A stretch of DNA of 20,000 bases from an uncultured virus (IMG/VR IMGVR_UViG_2838022645_000001). Lineage: Duplodnaviria; Heunggongvirae; Uroviricota; Caudoviricetes. The translations under genes were made by a program, and so were the position numbers. Positions 1-7,996 of the stretch are shown here, one piece after another. The notes under the pieces were generated by a model. That model was not told the origin of the DNA. It did not search any database and saw nothing but the letters and a program-made list of their open reading frames with translations. Each line of letters begins with the position of its first letter. Position 1 is the first letter of the stretch. The stretch lies in IMG/VR virus record IMGVR_UViG_2838022645_000001. The stretch is one strand, 5' to 3'.

Positions 1-1
1 G

Positions 2-406
2 GCGACGCATAGCGACGACACGACATTTGGCGATGACACCGAATACGAGCAGAACGCTATTTCGGTTGTGTCCGTCGGCGTGACGCCACTGGCCGCCACA
101 TCGATCAAGCTACGCATCATCAAGGCTGAGGCCGATCTGGTCGGCGTGCGCTTCAGCTACAACAACGCGCTCTACGAGACCGGCCCCGTTACCGAGATCG
201 ACGGCGATACATGGACTGTGTCGATCTCGCCAAGCGTGCGGGAGCTCATTCCGGATGGCGCCGATCTGAATTTCGACCGGCCGACCTGCCTTTGCCATCT
301 GGCCGAAGACCGCGGCATGGACATCACGCAGGATGCGATCACCAAGGGCACGCGGCCAAACGTCAGCTTCGTCGAGGCGACTGATTACTGGAATTCGCTG
401 ATTTAG
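2..406 (+). CDS. Phage distal tail protein (5'-truncated by the window edge)
   Basis: Frame is open from position 2 (ATHSDDTTFGDDTEYEQN...) to the stop at 404-406. C-terminal 'LNFDRPTC...SFVEA' pattern and position upstream of tail hub genes fit a distal tail protein. Confidence 0.7.
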   Translation, partial: ATHSDDTTFGDDTEYEQNAISVVSVGVTPLAATSIKLRIIKAEADLVGVRFSYNNALYETGPVTEIDGDTWTVSISPSVRELIPDGADLNFDRPTCLCHLAEDRGMDITQDAITKGTRPNVSFVEATDYWNSLI

Positions 407-427
407 CATCATTGATTGGAGGACGGT

Positions 428-997
428 TTGGCCAGTCTTCGTGTTTTGTGCCAGGTGGAGCTTCCATCTGGCACGCTTCGTTTTTGGGATGGCTCCGGCG
501 GCCCGCTAATCGATTCCAACGGTGATGTCTATCGCGCCTGCGTGCTTACGGAGGACGCGCTGGCGCAGATCGAGGCGGCAATCAATGCCGAGGCGTTCAC
601 GTTGTCGCTGGTGCTTTCTGGCATCAGGGAGGCGGAGAGCAACGCGATTTGGGCCGACTATCAGGCCGGTAGCATCGTTGGCTCACGGTTTCGCATCTTG
701 CTTCAGAAATGCGACGACTACGACCAACCAACCGGCTCGCCCATCGTTAAATTCACCGGCACCATTTCCAACCTCAACTTCGTTGATAGCGCCAGCGATA
801 AGGGGATCAATTCGACGATCCAGGTGGATATCGCGAACCGATTTACGCTGCGCTCGGTGACCAACGGCGCCGTGCTGTCGGATGTCGACCAGCGCGCCAG
901 GGCGAAGATTCTGAACCCATCCGCGGCTGATGATAAATTCTGCGAGCGCATCCCTGGCCTGAAGGACAAAACAGTCAGATGGCCGCAGTGGGGCTAG
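428..997 (+). CDS. Phage minor tail/baseplate hub protein
   Basis: ORF 416-997; GGAGGA at 418-423 favours the TTG start at 428. 'LRFWDG' near the N-terminus and 'SDVDQR...DKFCERI...W' at the C-terminus resemble alphaproteobacterial siphophage hub proteins; synteny agrees. Confidence 0.7.
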   Translation: MASLRVLCQVELPSGTLRFWDGSGGPLIDSNGDVYRACVLTEDALAQIEAAINAEAFTLSLVLSGIREAESNAIWADYQAGSIVGSRFRILLQKCDDYDQPTGSPIVKFTGTISNLNFVDSASDKGINSTIQVDIANRFTLRSVTNGAVLSDVDQRARAKILNPSAADDKFCERIPGLKDKTVRWPQWG

Positions 998-1389
998 ATT
1001 CGGCGCTCTTGTCGTTTTTGGCCGCCCAGGAACGAAAGAACTGGGATCCGGCGACGCTGAACTGCATGCTGTTTCCGGCCGCTTGGGCGATCTGGCTTGG
1101 TCATCGCGATCCGGTCGAAAACTGGCGCGGGGCGTTCGCCAGCGAGGCCGAATACCTAGCCATTGTCAGGGCCGCCGGCGGCTGTGTGCCGCTAATGGAA
1201 GCCGCGGCAGCACGTATCAACGCTCGCGCTCTGGCGGTGCCTGTGTGTGGCGCTGTCGGCGTCATCGGTTCTCCAAATAATCCGGAACGGCAGTTCGGCG
1301 CCATTTTCGACGGCAGCCGCTGGCTGGTGCGCTTCACCAATCGCATCGGCAGCATGGCGGCGAGGCCTCTGGCGATCTGGTCCATTTAG
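979..1389 (+). CDS. Tail-tip assembly protein, NlpC/P60-like (gpK-like position)
   Basis: 'WD...NCMLFPAAW' Cys motif and 'DPV..WRG'; lies between hub and central tail protein. Start may be 979 (ATG) or 988 (GTG). Confidence 0.65.
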   Translation: MAAVGLDSALLSFLAAQERKNWDPATLNCMLFPAAWAIWLGHRDPVENWRGAFASEAEYLAIVRAAGGCVPLMEAAAARINARALAVPVCGAVGVIGSPNNPERQFGAIFDGSRWLVRFTNRIGSMAARPLAIWSI

Positions 1390-1397
1390 GAATTTTC

Positions 1398-3446
1398 ATG
1401 ACTGGTCTTGAGCTGATCCCGCTGATCGTATCGTCGGCGGCAACGACGGTTGCTGCCGCGAATGTGCTTTACCTCGGCACTGCGGCGCTTCTTTACGGCG
1501 GCCTTGCGGCAGGTGCCACACTTCTGTCTCGAGCGCTCACTCCCAGGCCGTCCGTACCCAAGCCAGAAGACGGCACATACAATCTCAAACAGTCGGTTCC
1601 ATCGCTACCCATAGTGCTGGGTCGCGTCAAGAAGGCCGGCGACTACGTGTTCCTTGAGGAAAAGAACGGAATTGCGTACCACATTCTCGTCCACGCAGGC
1701 CATCGAATCCAGGGATATGTAAAGCATTATCTGCATGATGAGGCGGTGACGCTGGATGGCTCCGGCAATGTCGTGTCTCCAGGGCATTTCAATGATGATG
1801 GCAATGCATACGTACAAATCACATCCAGGATTGGTCTCCCTGCCGAGACTGCATATTCTGATATAGCCTCGACATTTTCGACGATATGGAGCTCAAATCA
1901 TCGCGGAGATGGTTTGGCGTCTGTGCGGCTGCGCTGCTACACCGCGCCGTCCAAGGATTACCTGAAGGTATACCCAAACCAGATGCCGGAGCATTCGGCC
2001 GTTATGGACGGAATGCTGCTGTACGATCCCCGCACCGGCACGACTGCATTCACAAAAAATCTTGCCATCATGCGCCTTTGGCACCTGACCAGTCCATATG
2101 GTGGCAAGTTGTCGCTCGACGACATGTATCTTCCCGACTGGATCAACGCGGCCAATGTTTGCGACCAAACCGTAACAAACAAGAGCGGCGGCACAGAGAG
2201 CCGGTATTACGGCGGCATGTGGTTTCGTGCCAACAGCGACCCTATCGAAGTAGGCAAGACGCTAGATCAGGCCGCAGAACTTGTCGTCTATGAGCGTGCC
2301 GATGGCCTGATTGGCGTTCACGCTGGCGAATATGTGGCGCCGTCAATTACATTGACGCGAGACGAGATCATCTCATTTGGTCTTAACGCCAATGTGGATC
2401 CTGCGACGACTGTTCTGGCTGTCCGTGGTCGGTTTACTGACCCGAGCGACCTCTACAACACCAACGACGCTGCGATCTATGGCAATCCATATGTCGGCGA
2501 AGACACAGAAAGAACAGCGACAGTCGATAATGTCGCGGTGCAAACACACAACCATATCCAGCGCCTGCAGAAACTCGCATACATTCGCCGCAATGGCGCA
2601 CGGGTCAGTATCACCGCTCACTATGACCCAGATAACGATGTTGCCTATCATCGGTTCGTGCGCATCCAATACGCGCCAAAACTTTCCGACGCCGTAATCG
2701 AGATCACGTCGAAGGTGACGGTTTCTCTTCGGGATATGACTGTGACCTTTAGTGGTATTGTTGTGCCATCGGGGCTGTATGATTTCAACGCCGCGACAGA
2801 AGAGGGTGACCCTGGCTCATCCATTATCATCATTCCACCATCAAGTGCACCGGTTCCCGTTAATTTCGATGTTGTAATCCAGACGGAAGTAGTCTCCGGC
2901 GGATCGTCTGCCGCATATGCCTTGGCCACCTGGGATTTTGTCTCTGCGTCGCTTACATACGAGCTCGAGTGGGAAAAAACGTCTGGATCCACCGGACCTC
3001 AGTCAGTCGTATCCACGGCCGGCGAGACACAGGTTCGCTCTGGGTATCTCGCCGATGGTGTGCAGTATAAGTTCAGGTTGAGAACGTGGTCAGGCGGCGC
3101 AAGTTCTGATTGGACTGATTATGAAATCAGAACATCCACGGCAGATTCAAACCCGCCTGGCGTCGTCACCGGTGCATCCGCTACCGGCGGTGCAGGGCAG
3201 GTTACGTTCAATTGGACGGCGCCGAATAGCGCCAACTATGCAGCGGCTCGTTGCTATTGGAACACAAGCAACACGTTCGTCGGAGCGACCTACGTGGCTC
3301 CCCCTGAATACGGATCGCCTAGTTCCGCGGACAGTCGCGTCATCACCGGCCTAACGGCGGGAATCAAATATGGCTTCATTGAGGCCATAAACGCATCCGG
3401 TGTAGCGGCTACCCCGCAAGCAACTGGCGCATTTACCGTCACCTGA
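1398..3446 (+). CDS. Central tail fibre/tip attachment protein (gpJ-like) with C-terminal fibronectin type III-like domains
   Basis: 682 aa; 'PIVLGRVK', 'YDPRTG', FnIII-like 'W....YELEW' and 'VTFNWTAP' segments; AGGA RBS upstream. Confidence 0.85.
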   Translation: MTGLELIPLIVSSAATTVAAANVLYLGTAALLYGGLAAGATLLSRALTPRPSVPKPEDGTYNLKQSVPSLPIVLGRVKKAGDYVFLEEKNGIAYHILVHAGHRIQGYVKHYLHDEAVTLDGSGNVVSPGHFNDDGNAYVQITSRIGLPAETAYSDIASTFSTIWSSNHRGDGLASVRLRCYTAPSKDYLKVYPNQMPEHSAVMDGMLLYDPRTGTTAFTKNLAIMRLWHLTSPYGGKLSLDDMYLPDWINAANVCDQTVTNKSGGTESRYYGGMWFRANSDPIEVGKTLDQAAELVVYERADGLIGVHAGEYVAPSITLTRDEIISFGLNANVDPATTVLAVRGRFTDPSDLYNTNDAAIYGNPYVGEDTERTATVDNVAVQTHNHIQRLQKLAYIRRNGARVSITAHYDPDNDVAYHRFVRIQYAPKLSDAVIEITSKVTVSLRDMTVTFSGIVVPSGLYDFNAATEEGDPGSSIIIIPPSSAPVPVNFDVVIQTEVVSGGSSAAYALATWDFVSASLTYELEWEKTSGSTGPQSVVSTAGETQVRSGYLADGVQYKFRLRTWSGGASSDWTDYEIRTSTADSNPPGVVTGASATGGAGQVTFNWTAPNSANYAAARCYWNTSNTFVGATYVAPPEYGSPSSADSRVITGLTAGIKYGFIEAINASGVAATPQATGAFTVT

Positions 3447-3507
3447 CAATAAAAGCCGTGATGCGTTAAGTCGCCTTGCGCGAACACTTCCACACATGGA
3501 GAATTGA

Positions 3508-5613
3508 ATGCCAGCACCTACAGCCGCAGTAGTCTTCGATGATTACAACACCTCTGGCGTTCCATCATCTGGGGCCAAAAAGGTAAAGAAGTCAGAAGCT
3601 CGCGCCTGGGGCTCCTGGCTTGAGTCGTTCATTACCGCGATCTCCGCCAATGCTGGCGCGATATACGCTACGAAGGCTGAGCTAGACGCCGACCTAAGCA
3701 AGGCCGCCAATACCATGGCTTGGGTCATGAGCGACGCGACCGCGGCAAATAATGGTGTATACCGCAAGAGCGGCGCATCCGGCACTGGCAGTTGGACTCG
3801 AATAGGCGATCTCCCATATTCGTTCATCGAGGCGCTCGACACCGGAGCCGGCACGCCCAACGCGATCCAGGCGACAAGCGATCTTCCGATTTCGGAAAGC
3901 GCCTTGGTTATCGTCAATGTATTCGAGGCCAACACCGGCTCGCCAGTTACGATCGCCTTTAATGGCGGATCTGCCCTGACGATCAAGACTAACTCCGGCA
4001 ACAATGTCGTCTCGGGCGGCTTAGTCGCCGGCATGAGGTTGTTCGGATATGTCTCCGGTTCCGTCTTTCAGCTAATCAGCGACCAAGTGTCCGCATCTAT
4101 CGTTGCAGCGGCCGAGGCGGCTGCGGCTGATGCAGAGGCGGCCCAAGCTGCGGCCGAAGCCGCAGCGGCTTCGGTCACCTTGCCGACGCCCGTTGCGCTG
4201 AACTACATCCGCGTAAAGGCGGACCTCACCGGCTACGAGACTAGGACGCCGACGCAGGTTCTTTCCGACATTGGCGGCGCGGCGGCAGGAAGCCTGGACC
4301 GAAGGGTAAAAGATTTCGGCGCCAAGGGTGATGCCGTCATCATCCGCGCTGCCGTGACGATCGCGTCAGGATCTGCAGCACTCACCGTGACCGGTGCGAA
4401 CTTCCAGACAACGGATGTCGGCAAGTCAATCGCGGTCGAAGGAGCTGGCACCAGCGGCGCGACGCTCTATTCAACGATCCTGTCCCGCACCAGCGCGACG
4501 CAGATCACGCTCGCAGCCAACGCATCGACGGCCATCTCCGCCGTCACTAAGACCGTCACCTATGGCACGGACGACACGGCAGCCTTCAACGCGGCAATCG
4601 CCGATATCGTCAGGCAGACGGCAAGCAATGACAACGCCATCTTCGGCGGCTCGCTCACCGTGGATGCGAAGGGCCGGTATTATCTGGCCAGCCCGATCGC
4701 CATCAACAAGCATGGCATCAAGATTAAGGGCGGCGGCTCGCACACCGATACCTGCATCATCGTTGCCCACGAGGGCTATGGCTTCTCATTCGAGAACAGT
4801 GATAGTAGCACAGCGCTGATGCGGTCCAACCGCGTCGAAGGCCTGCGCTTCCTCTCGACCGCAAGCACGAGAGCGGCAAACAGCGGTGCGATCTTCATGA
4901 ACCGCGCGCTGCAGTTCGTCGTTCAGGATTGCTGGTTTGCTGGACGTCAGCAGTTCGCCGTCCATCTTCAGGACTGCCTGGATGGCATCATCCGTGTGAA
5001 CCGGATCGATGGTCCAGTGGAAGCTTCGATCAACGGCTTCACATACGGATTCTGGCTTGACAGTAACAATACCCTTTCCGGCCCGAACCAGATTACCATC
5101 GAGAACAACTGGATCGAGAACTGCGCGACGGCGGGAATTCGAGTCACCGGCAACACTTCGTTCTCGGGCAACCAGGTCAATATCCGCGAAAACCTCATCC
5201 AAGGCGGCAGCGGCAACGGCATCATGTACGACAAGCAGAATGGTCTTAACATCCTGCGTAACTGGTTTGAGGACAACGGCCGTGACGCCGTGTCTGGCCG
5301 CGCCGCGATCCTAGATATCGGCGACAATGTCAGCCACCTCGTCACCTTCAAGGAGAATGTTTTCGGCGGCAACAACAACGCCAACGCCGATTTTCGCCAG
5401 TTCAGCATTCAGAAGGTCAACGGGTTGAAAGTGCTCGAGAACTTCTTCACCGGCGGCAGCCACATCCGCTGCACGACGTCAACCACATACAAGGTCTATA
5501 TCGCCGACAACTGGTCATCCGGGACAACGCCGACAGTGGATGCGATGACGACCGATGTCACCTATGCACGGAACACCTACGGCGATACTGGTACGGCCTG
5601 GACGACCGGCTAA
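3508..5613 (+). CDS. Tail fibre/tailspike with pectate-lyase-3-like right-handed beta-helix (putative polysaccharide depolymerase, receptor binding)
   Basis: 701 aa; N-terminal virion-anchor region, Ala/Glu coiled-coil linker, 'VKDFGAKGD...TDDTAAFNAAI' signature, Asn-ladder repeats (ITIENNWIEN, NIRENLI, ILRNWFE); GGAG RBS. Confidence 0.85.
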   Translation: MPAPTAAVVFDDYNTSGVPSSGAKKVKKSEARAWGSWLESFITAISANAGAIYATKAELDADLSKAANTMAWVMSDATAANNGVYRKSGASGTGSWTRIGDLPYSFIEALDTGAGTPNAIQATSDLPISESALVIVNVFEANTGSPVTIAFNGGSALTIKTNSGNNVVSGGLVAGMRLFGYVSGSVFQLISDQVSASIVAAAEAAAADAEAAQAAAEAAAASVTLPTPVALNYIRVKADLTGYETRTPTQVLSDIGGAAAGSLDRRVKDFGAKGDAVIIRAAVTIASGSAALTVTGANFQTTDVGKSIAVEGAGTSGATLYSTILSRTSATQITLAANASTAISAVTKTVTYGTDDTAAFNAAIADIVRQTASNDNAIFGGSLTVDAKGRYYLASPIAINKHGIKIKGGGSHTDTCIIVAHEGYGFSFENSDSSTALMRSNRVEGLRFLSTASTRAANSGAIFMNRALQFVVQDCWFAGRQQFAVHLQDCLDGIIRVNRIDGPVEASINGFTYGFWLDSNNTLSGPNQITIENNWIENCATAGIRVTGNTSFSGNQVNIRENLIQGGSGNGIMYDKQNGLNILRNWFEDNGRDAVSGRAAILDIGDNVSHLVTFKENVFGGNNNANADFRQFSIQKVNGLKVLENFFTGGSHIRCTTSTTYKVYIADNWSSGTTPTVDAMTTDVTYARNTYGDTGTAWTTG

Positions 5614-5807
5614 GGGCTGCGGCGTTCGAAGTCGGACAGGCCAGCCTGGGCGGCATGGATGCAGACTGCGAGAAGCACGATTATGCAGCCTCCCATCGTC
5701 TCAAAGGCGTACAAGAACTTGTGTTCTGTCAGTTCAAACATCTCGGCGTTGGCGATAATGCCTAAGCCGGCCGCGCCAATGAGCGGGGCCAATAGTTTGC
5801 GTTTCAT
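5610..5807 (-). CDS. Small two-TM membrane protein (moron, antisense to the late operon)
   Basis: 65 aa with two hydrophobic segments; own promoter and AAGGA RBS upstream; fills the gap between tailspike and holin. Confidence 0.6.
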   Translation of the reverse strand: MKRKLLAPLIGAAGLGIIANAEMFELTEHKFLYAFETMGGCIIVLLAVCIHAAQAGLSDFERRSP

Positions 5808-5837
5808 CGCGCTCTTCTATCCTTGTAGTTAGGGTTG

Positions 5838-5866
5838 ATAGTAGACGCAAAAACGTTCAACGGCAA
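5838..5866 (-). promoter_or_regulatory. sigma70-type promoter for the antisense moron
   Basis: Minus strand reads (C)TTGCCG-N17-TACTAT: -35 at 5861-5866, -10 at 5838-5843. Confidence 0.65.
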
Positions 5867-5901
5867 GGCGTAATAAACCCCAAACACCACCGGAGCCAAC
5901 C

Positions 5902-6153
5902 ATGCTTCGCACGCTTTTCTCAGGCGCGCGTGACGCTGTCGCGCGCGTGCTCATCCCCGATGCGGCCGCGGTCTACAAAAAGGCCTGGTCGCTCCGCCTT
6001 ATCGAGCTCGCCGCCGCGGCCGACGTCATCCTCAATGTCGTGCCGGTCGTCTCTGACTACCTGCCGTGGTGGCTGACGCTCGCGTTGCTCGGCGGCGCAT
6101 GGGTCGCGCGCCTGCTCATCCAAAACAAGGAGGCACCAGTTGCCGATCAATAA
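5902..6153 (+). CDS. Holin
   Basis: 83 aa, two hydrophobic segments, 'KKAWSLRL...ARLLIQ' pattern, directly upstream of and overlapping the lysozyme gene. Confidence 0.75.
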   Translation: MLRTLFSGARDAVARVLIPDAAAVYKKAWSLRLIELAAAADVILNVVPVVSDYLPWWLTLALLGGAWVARLLIQNKEAPVADQ

Positions 6154-6736
6154 GATTGTCGCGACGAAGCGCGGCAAGGCTGCCATTGCTGCTGCCATGT
6201 TCGCGGCCGTGCTGGCCGCCGGCCAGTCGTATTTCGCCGAGCCGGCGCGGCCGGCCGCCGTCATCCTAGCAACGGAAACGCTGATCAAGCCGTGGGAAGG
6301 CCTGGTGCTGAAATCACACTGGGATCCTTACGCCAAGATCTGGGACATCTGCCACGGCGAGACGCAGATCGACGGCAAGCCGGTCAAGCCCGGCATGACC
6401 TTCACGACCGACGAGTGCGAGGCCATCCTCGAGGCGCGCGTGAAGCGCGACTATTACGAGCCGCTGACGAAGCAGATCAAGGGCTTCACCCGGTTCCCGA
6501 TCGGCGTGCAGGCCGCGATGATCTCCGGCGCCTTTAACTTCGGTGTGTCAGGCATGGTCAATTCGACAGCCGCGCGCCTGGCGGTGCAGGGCCGCTATCG
6601 CGAGGCATGCGAGGCGCAGACGGCTTGGAACAAGGCCGGCGGCCGTGTCGTGCAGGGCCTCGTAAAGCGGCGCGAGATGGGTGACGCCCAGCGTGCCGGC
6701 GAGGCTGAGATCTGCGTGTCGGGGCTGTCGCAATGA
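6140..6736 (+). CDS. Endolysin, GH24 (T4/P21-type) lysozyme with N-terminal SAR-like segment
   Basis: TTG start after AAGGAGG; 'WEG-x7-D', 'ICHGET', 'AFNFG', 'WNKAGGRVVQGLVKRRE' motifs; Ala-rich weakly hydrophobic N-terminus. Confidence 0.92.
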   Translation: MPINKIVATKRGKAAIAAAMFAAVLAAGQSYFAEPARPAAVILATETLIKPWEGLVLKSHWDPYAKIWDICHGETQIDGKPVKPGMTFTTDECEAILEARVKRDYYEPLTKQIKGFTRFPIGVQAAMISGAFNFGVSGMVNSTAARLAVQGRYREACEAQTAWNKAGGRVVQGLVKRREMGDAQRAGEAEICVSGLSQ

Positions 6737-7104
6737 TCGGGGCGCTCGCAAATAAATGGGTTGGCTACGGCATTGCCGTGGTCCTGCTCGCGCTCGCCGT
6801 CTGGTGGGGAGTCTCGACCATCTACAACAACGGCTATGACGCGGCCAGCCTGAAATACAAGGCCGAAATCGCCGAGCTCAAGCAGGCCGCATCTGACGCA
6901 GCCAACGCCGAGACCGAGCGGCAGGTGGCCGCCAACAATGCCGCCAAGGCACGTGAGGCGGAACGCATCGCCGAGATGCAGGCCGCCAACGAAGACCTTC
7001 AATCTCAAATCGAGGAATTGCAGCGTGAAGCTAGCCAAGATCCTGATGCTGGCCGCACTGCTCTCGGTGCTCCCGGCGTGCAGCGCATTAACAAGGTCCG
7101 ATAG
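6733..7104 (+). CDS. i-spanin (Rz-like)
   Basis: N-terminal TM followed by a long Ala/Glu/Gln coiled coil; ATGA overlap with the endolysin stop. Confidence 0.8.
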   Translation: MIGALANKWVGYGIAVVLLALAVWWGVSTIYNNGYDAASLKYKAEIAELKQAASDAANAETERQVAANNAAKAREAERIAEMQAANEDLQSQIEELQREASQDPDAGRTALGAPGVQRINKVR

Positions 7105-7327
7105 ACTGGTAGTGCCTCCGGCTCCGCCGGTGCTGCGGAAGCCAGACAGCATGTTGATCGAGCGTTGCAAAGGCCCGGTGGATCTGGGTGACAAGGCGTT
7201 GACGCAGGCCCAGCTGGAGCGCCTGTGGACCGCCGATCGCGAGCGGCTTCTGTCGTGCTTGCGGCGCCACCTGGCGCTGCGCGATTTCTATGCCGACCGC
7301 GACGCGCGCCTGGAGGCAAAGCCATGA
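7025..7327 (+). CDS. o-spanin (Rz1-like lipoprotein), overlapping the i-spanin 3' end
   Basis: GTG start at 7025 after GAGGAA; signal peptide with lipobox (LLSVLPA-C); Pro-rich mature region with further cysteines. Confidence 0.78.
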   Translation: MKLAKILMLAALLSVLPACSALTRSDRLVVPPAPPVLRKPDSMLIERCKGPVDLGDKALTQAQLERLWTADRERLLSCLRRHLALRDFYADRDARLEAKP

Positions 7328-7632
7328 CCGGAGCAGAAATCATGGCCGTCGTCGGCTTCTTCGTCATGCTCACCGGCGCCGGCTGGCGCGTGTGGGCGCG
7401 CGTCGAGGCCAAGGTGAAGGTCGCCGAGGACAAGGCCGACAAAGTCGGCGCGGACTTGGCGGCCCATCGGCTGCACAGCGCGGAAATATTTGCGACAAAG
7501 ACCAGTCAAGCCGAGCAGACCGCACAATTGCTGCGTGCCATCGAAGGCGTCGGCAACAGGATCGACGGCGTTCACGAGCGCCTCGATCGTCTCTACGAAA
7601 ACCCACCACAGCGGCGCGCCACGCGCGGCTAA
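7324..7632 (+). CDS. Single-TM coiled-coil phage protein (lysis-region associated)
   Basis: ATG at 7324 overlaps the spanin stop (ATGA), GGAGG RBS; N-terminal TM then coiled coil; 102 aa. Confidence 0.7.
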   Translation: MTGAEIMAVVGFFVMLTGAGWRVWARVEAKVKVAEDKADKVGADLAAHRLHSAEIFATKTSQAEQTAQLLRAIEGVGNRIDGVHERLDRLYENPPQRRATRG

Positions 7633-7677
7633 TCACGGCGAACCAGCCGACCAACACCACATTTCAGGAGACTACCC

Positions 7678-7992
7678 ATGGCTTTTTCAGGCCTTCATGT
7701 CGTTTGCGGTTATCCCGGCTCTCTGTTCGCTCGAGACAAATCCCAGGCCATCCTCGGCAAGATCGCATGGAGCGAGGCACCGACCAGCGGCGTGACGTCC
7801 ACCAACGTCGCTCCGACCGAAAGCGCCGGCTCCGGTCAGGCAATGTTCCGCATCCGCGCCGCCGCCGATTCCTGGGTATCGGTCGGCCCGACGCCGGACG
7901 CGACGACCGGCAAGCGCTTCCTTGTTCCGGCCGCGACTGACTACGACGTCTACGCCGAGCCGGGCGACAAATTCCAGTGGGTGGAGGCATAA
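7678..7992 (+). CDS. Phage hypothetical protein (predicted all-beta)
   Basis: 104 aa, AGGAG RBS, typical codon usage. Confidence 0.7.
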   Translation: MAFSGLHVVCGYPGSLFARDKSQAILGKIAWSEAPTSGVTSTNVAPTESAGSGQAMFRIRAAADSWVSVGPTPDATTGKRFLVPAATDYDVYAEPGDKFQWVEA

Positions 7993-7996
7993 CCAT

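Noticed and set aside
4105..4170. GCG/GCC-rich repeat encoding AAAEAAAADAEAAQAAAEAAAA
   Set aside because: Ordinary coiled-coil linker of tail fibres, not a DNA repeat element.
4621..4635. ASNDN in the tailspike
   Set aside because: It lies in an Asn-rich structural protein at the start of a folded domain, so chance is likely; not counted with the ANDN motifs.
3508..5900. Possible diversity-generating retroelement or invertible segment at the tail fibre
   Set aside because: No reverse transcriptase, invertase, template repeat or flanking inverted repeats are visible in the window.
5926..5946. GC-rich inverted repeat early in the holin gene
   Set aside because: Short and expected by chance at this GC content; no convincing dual-start motif.
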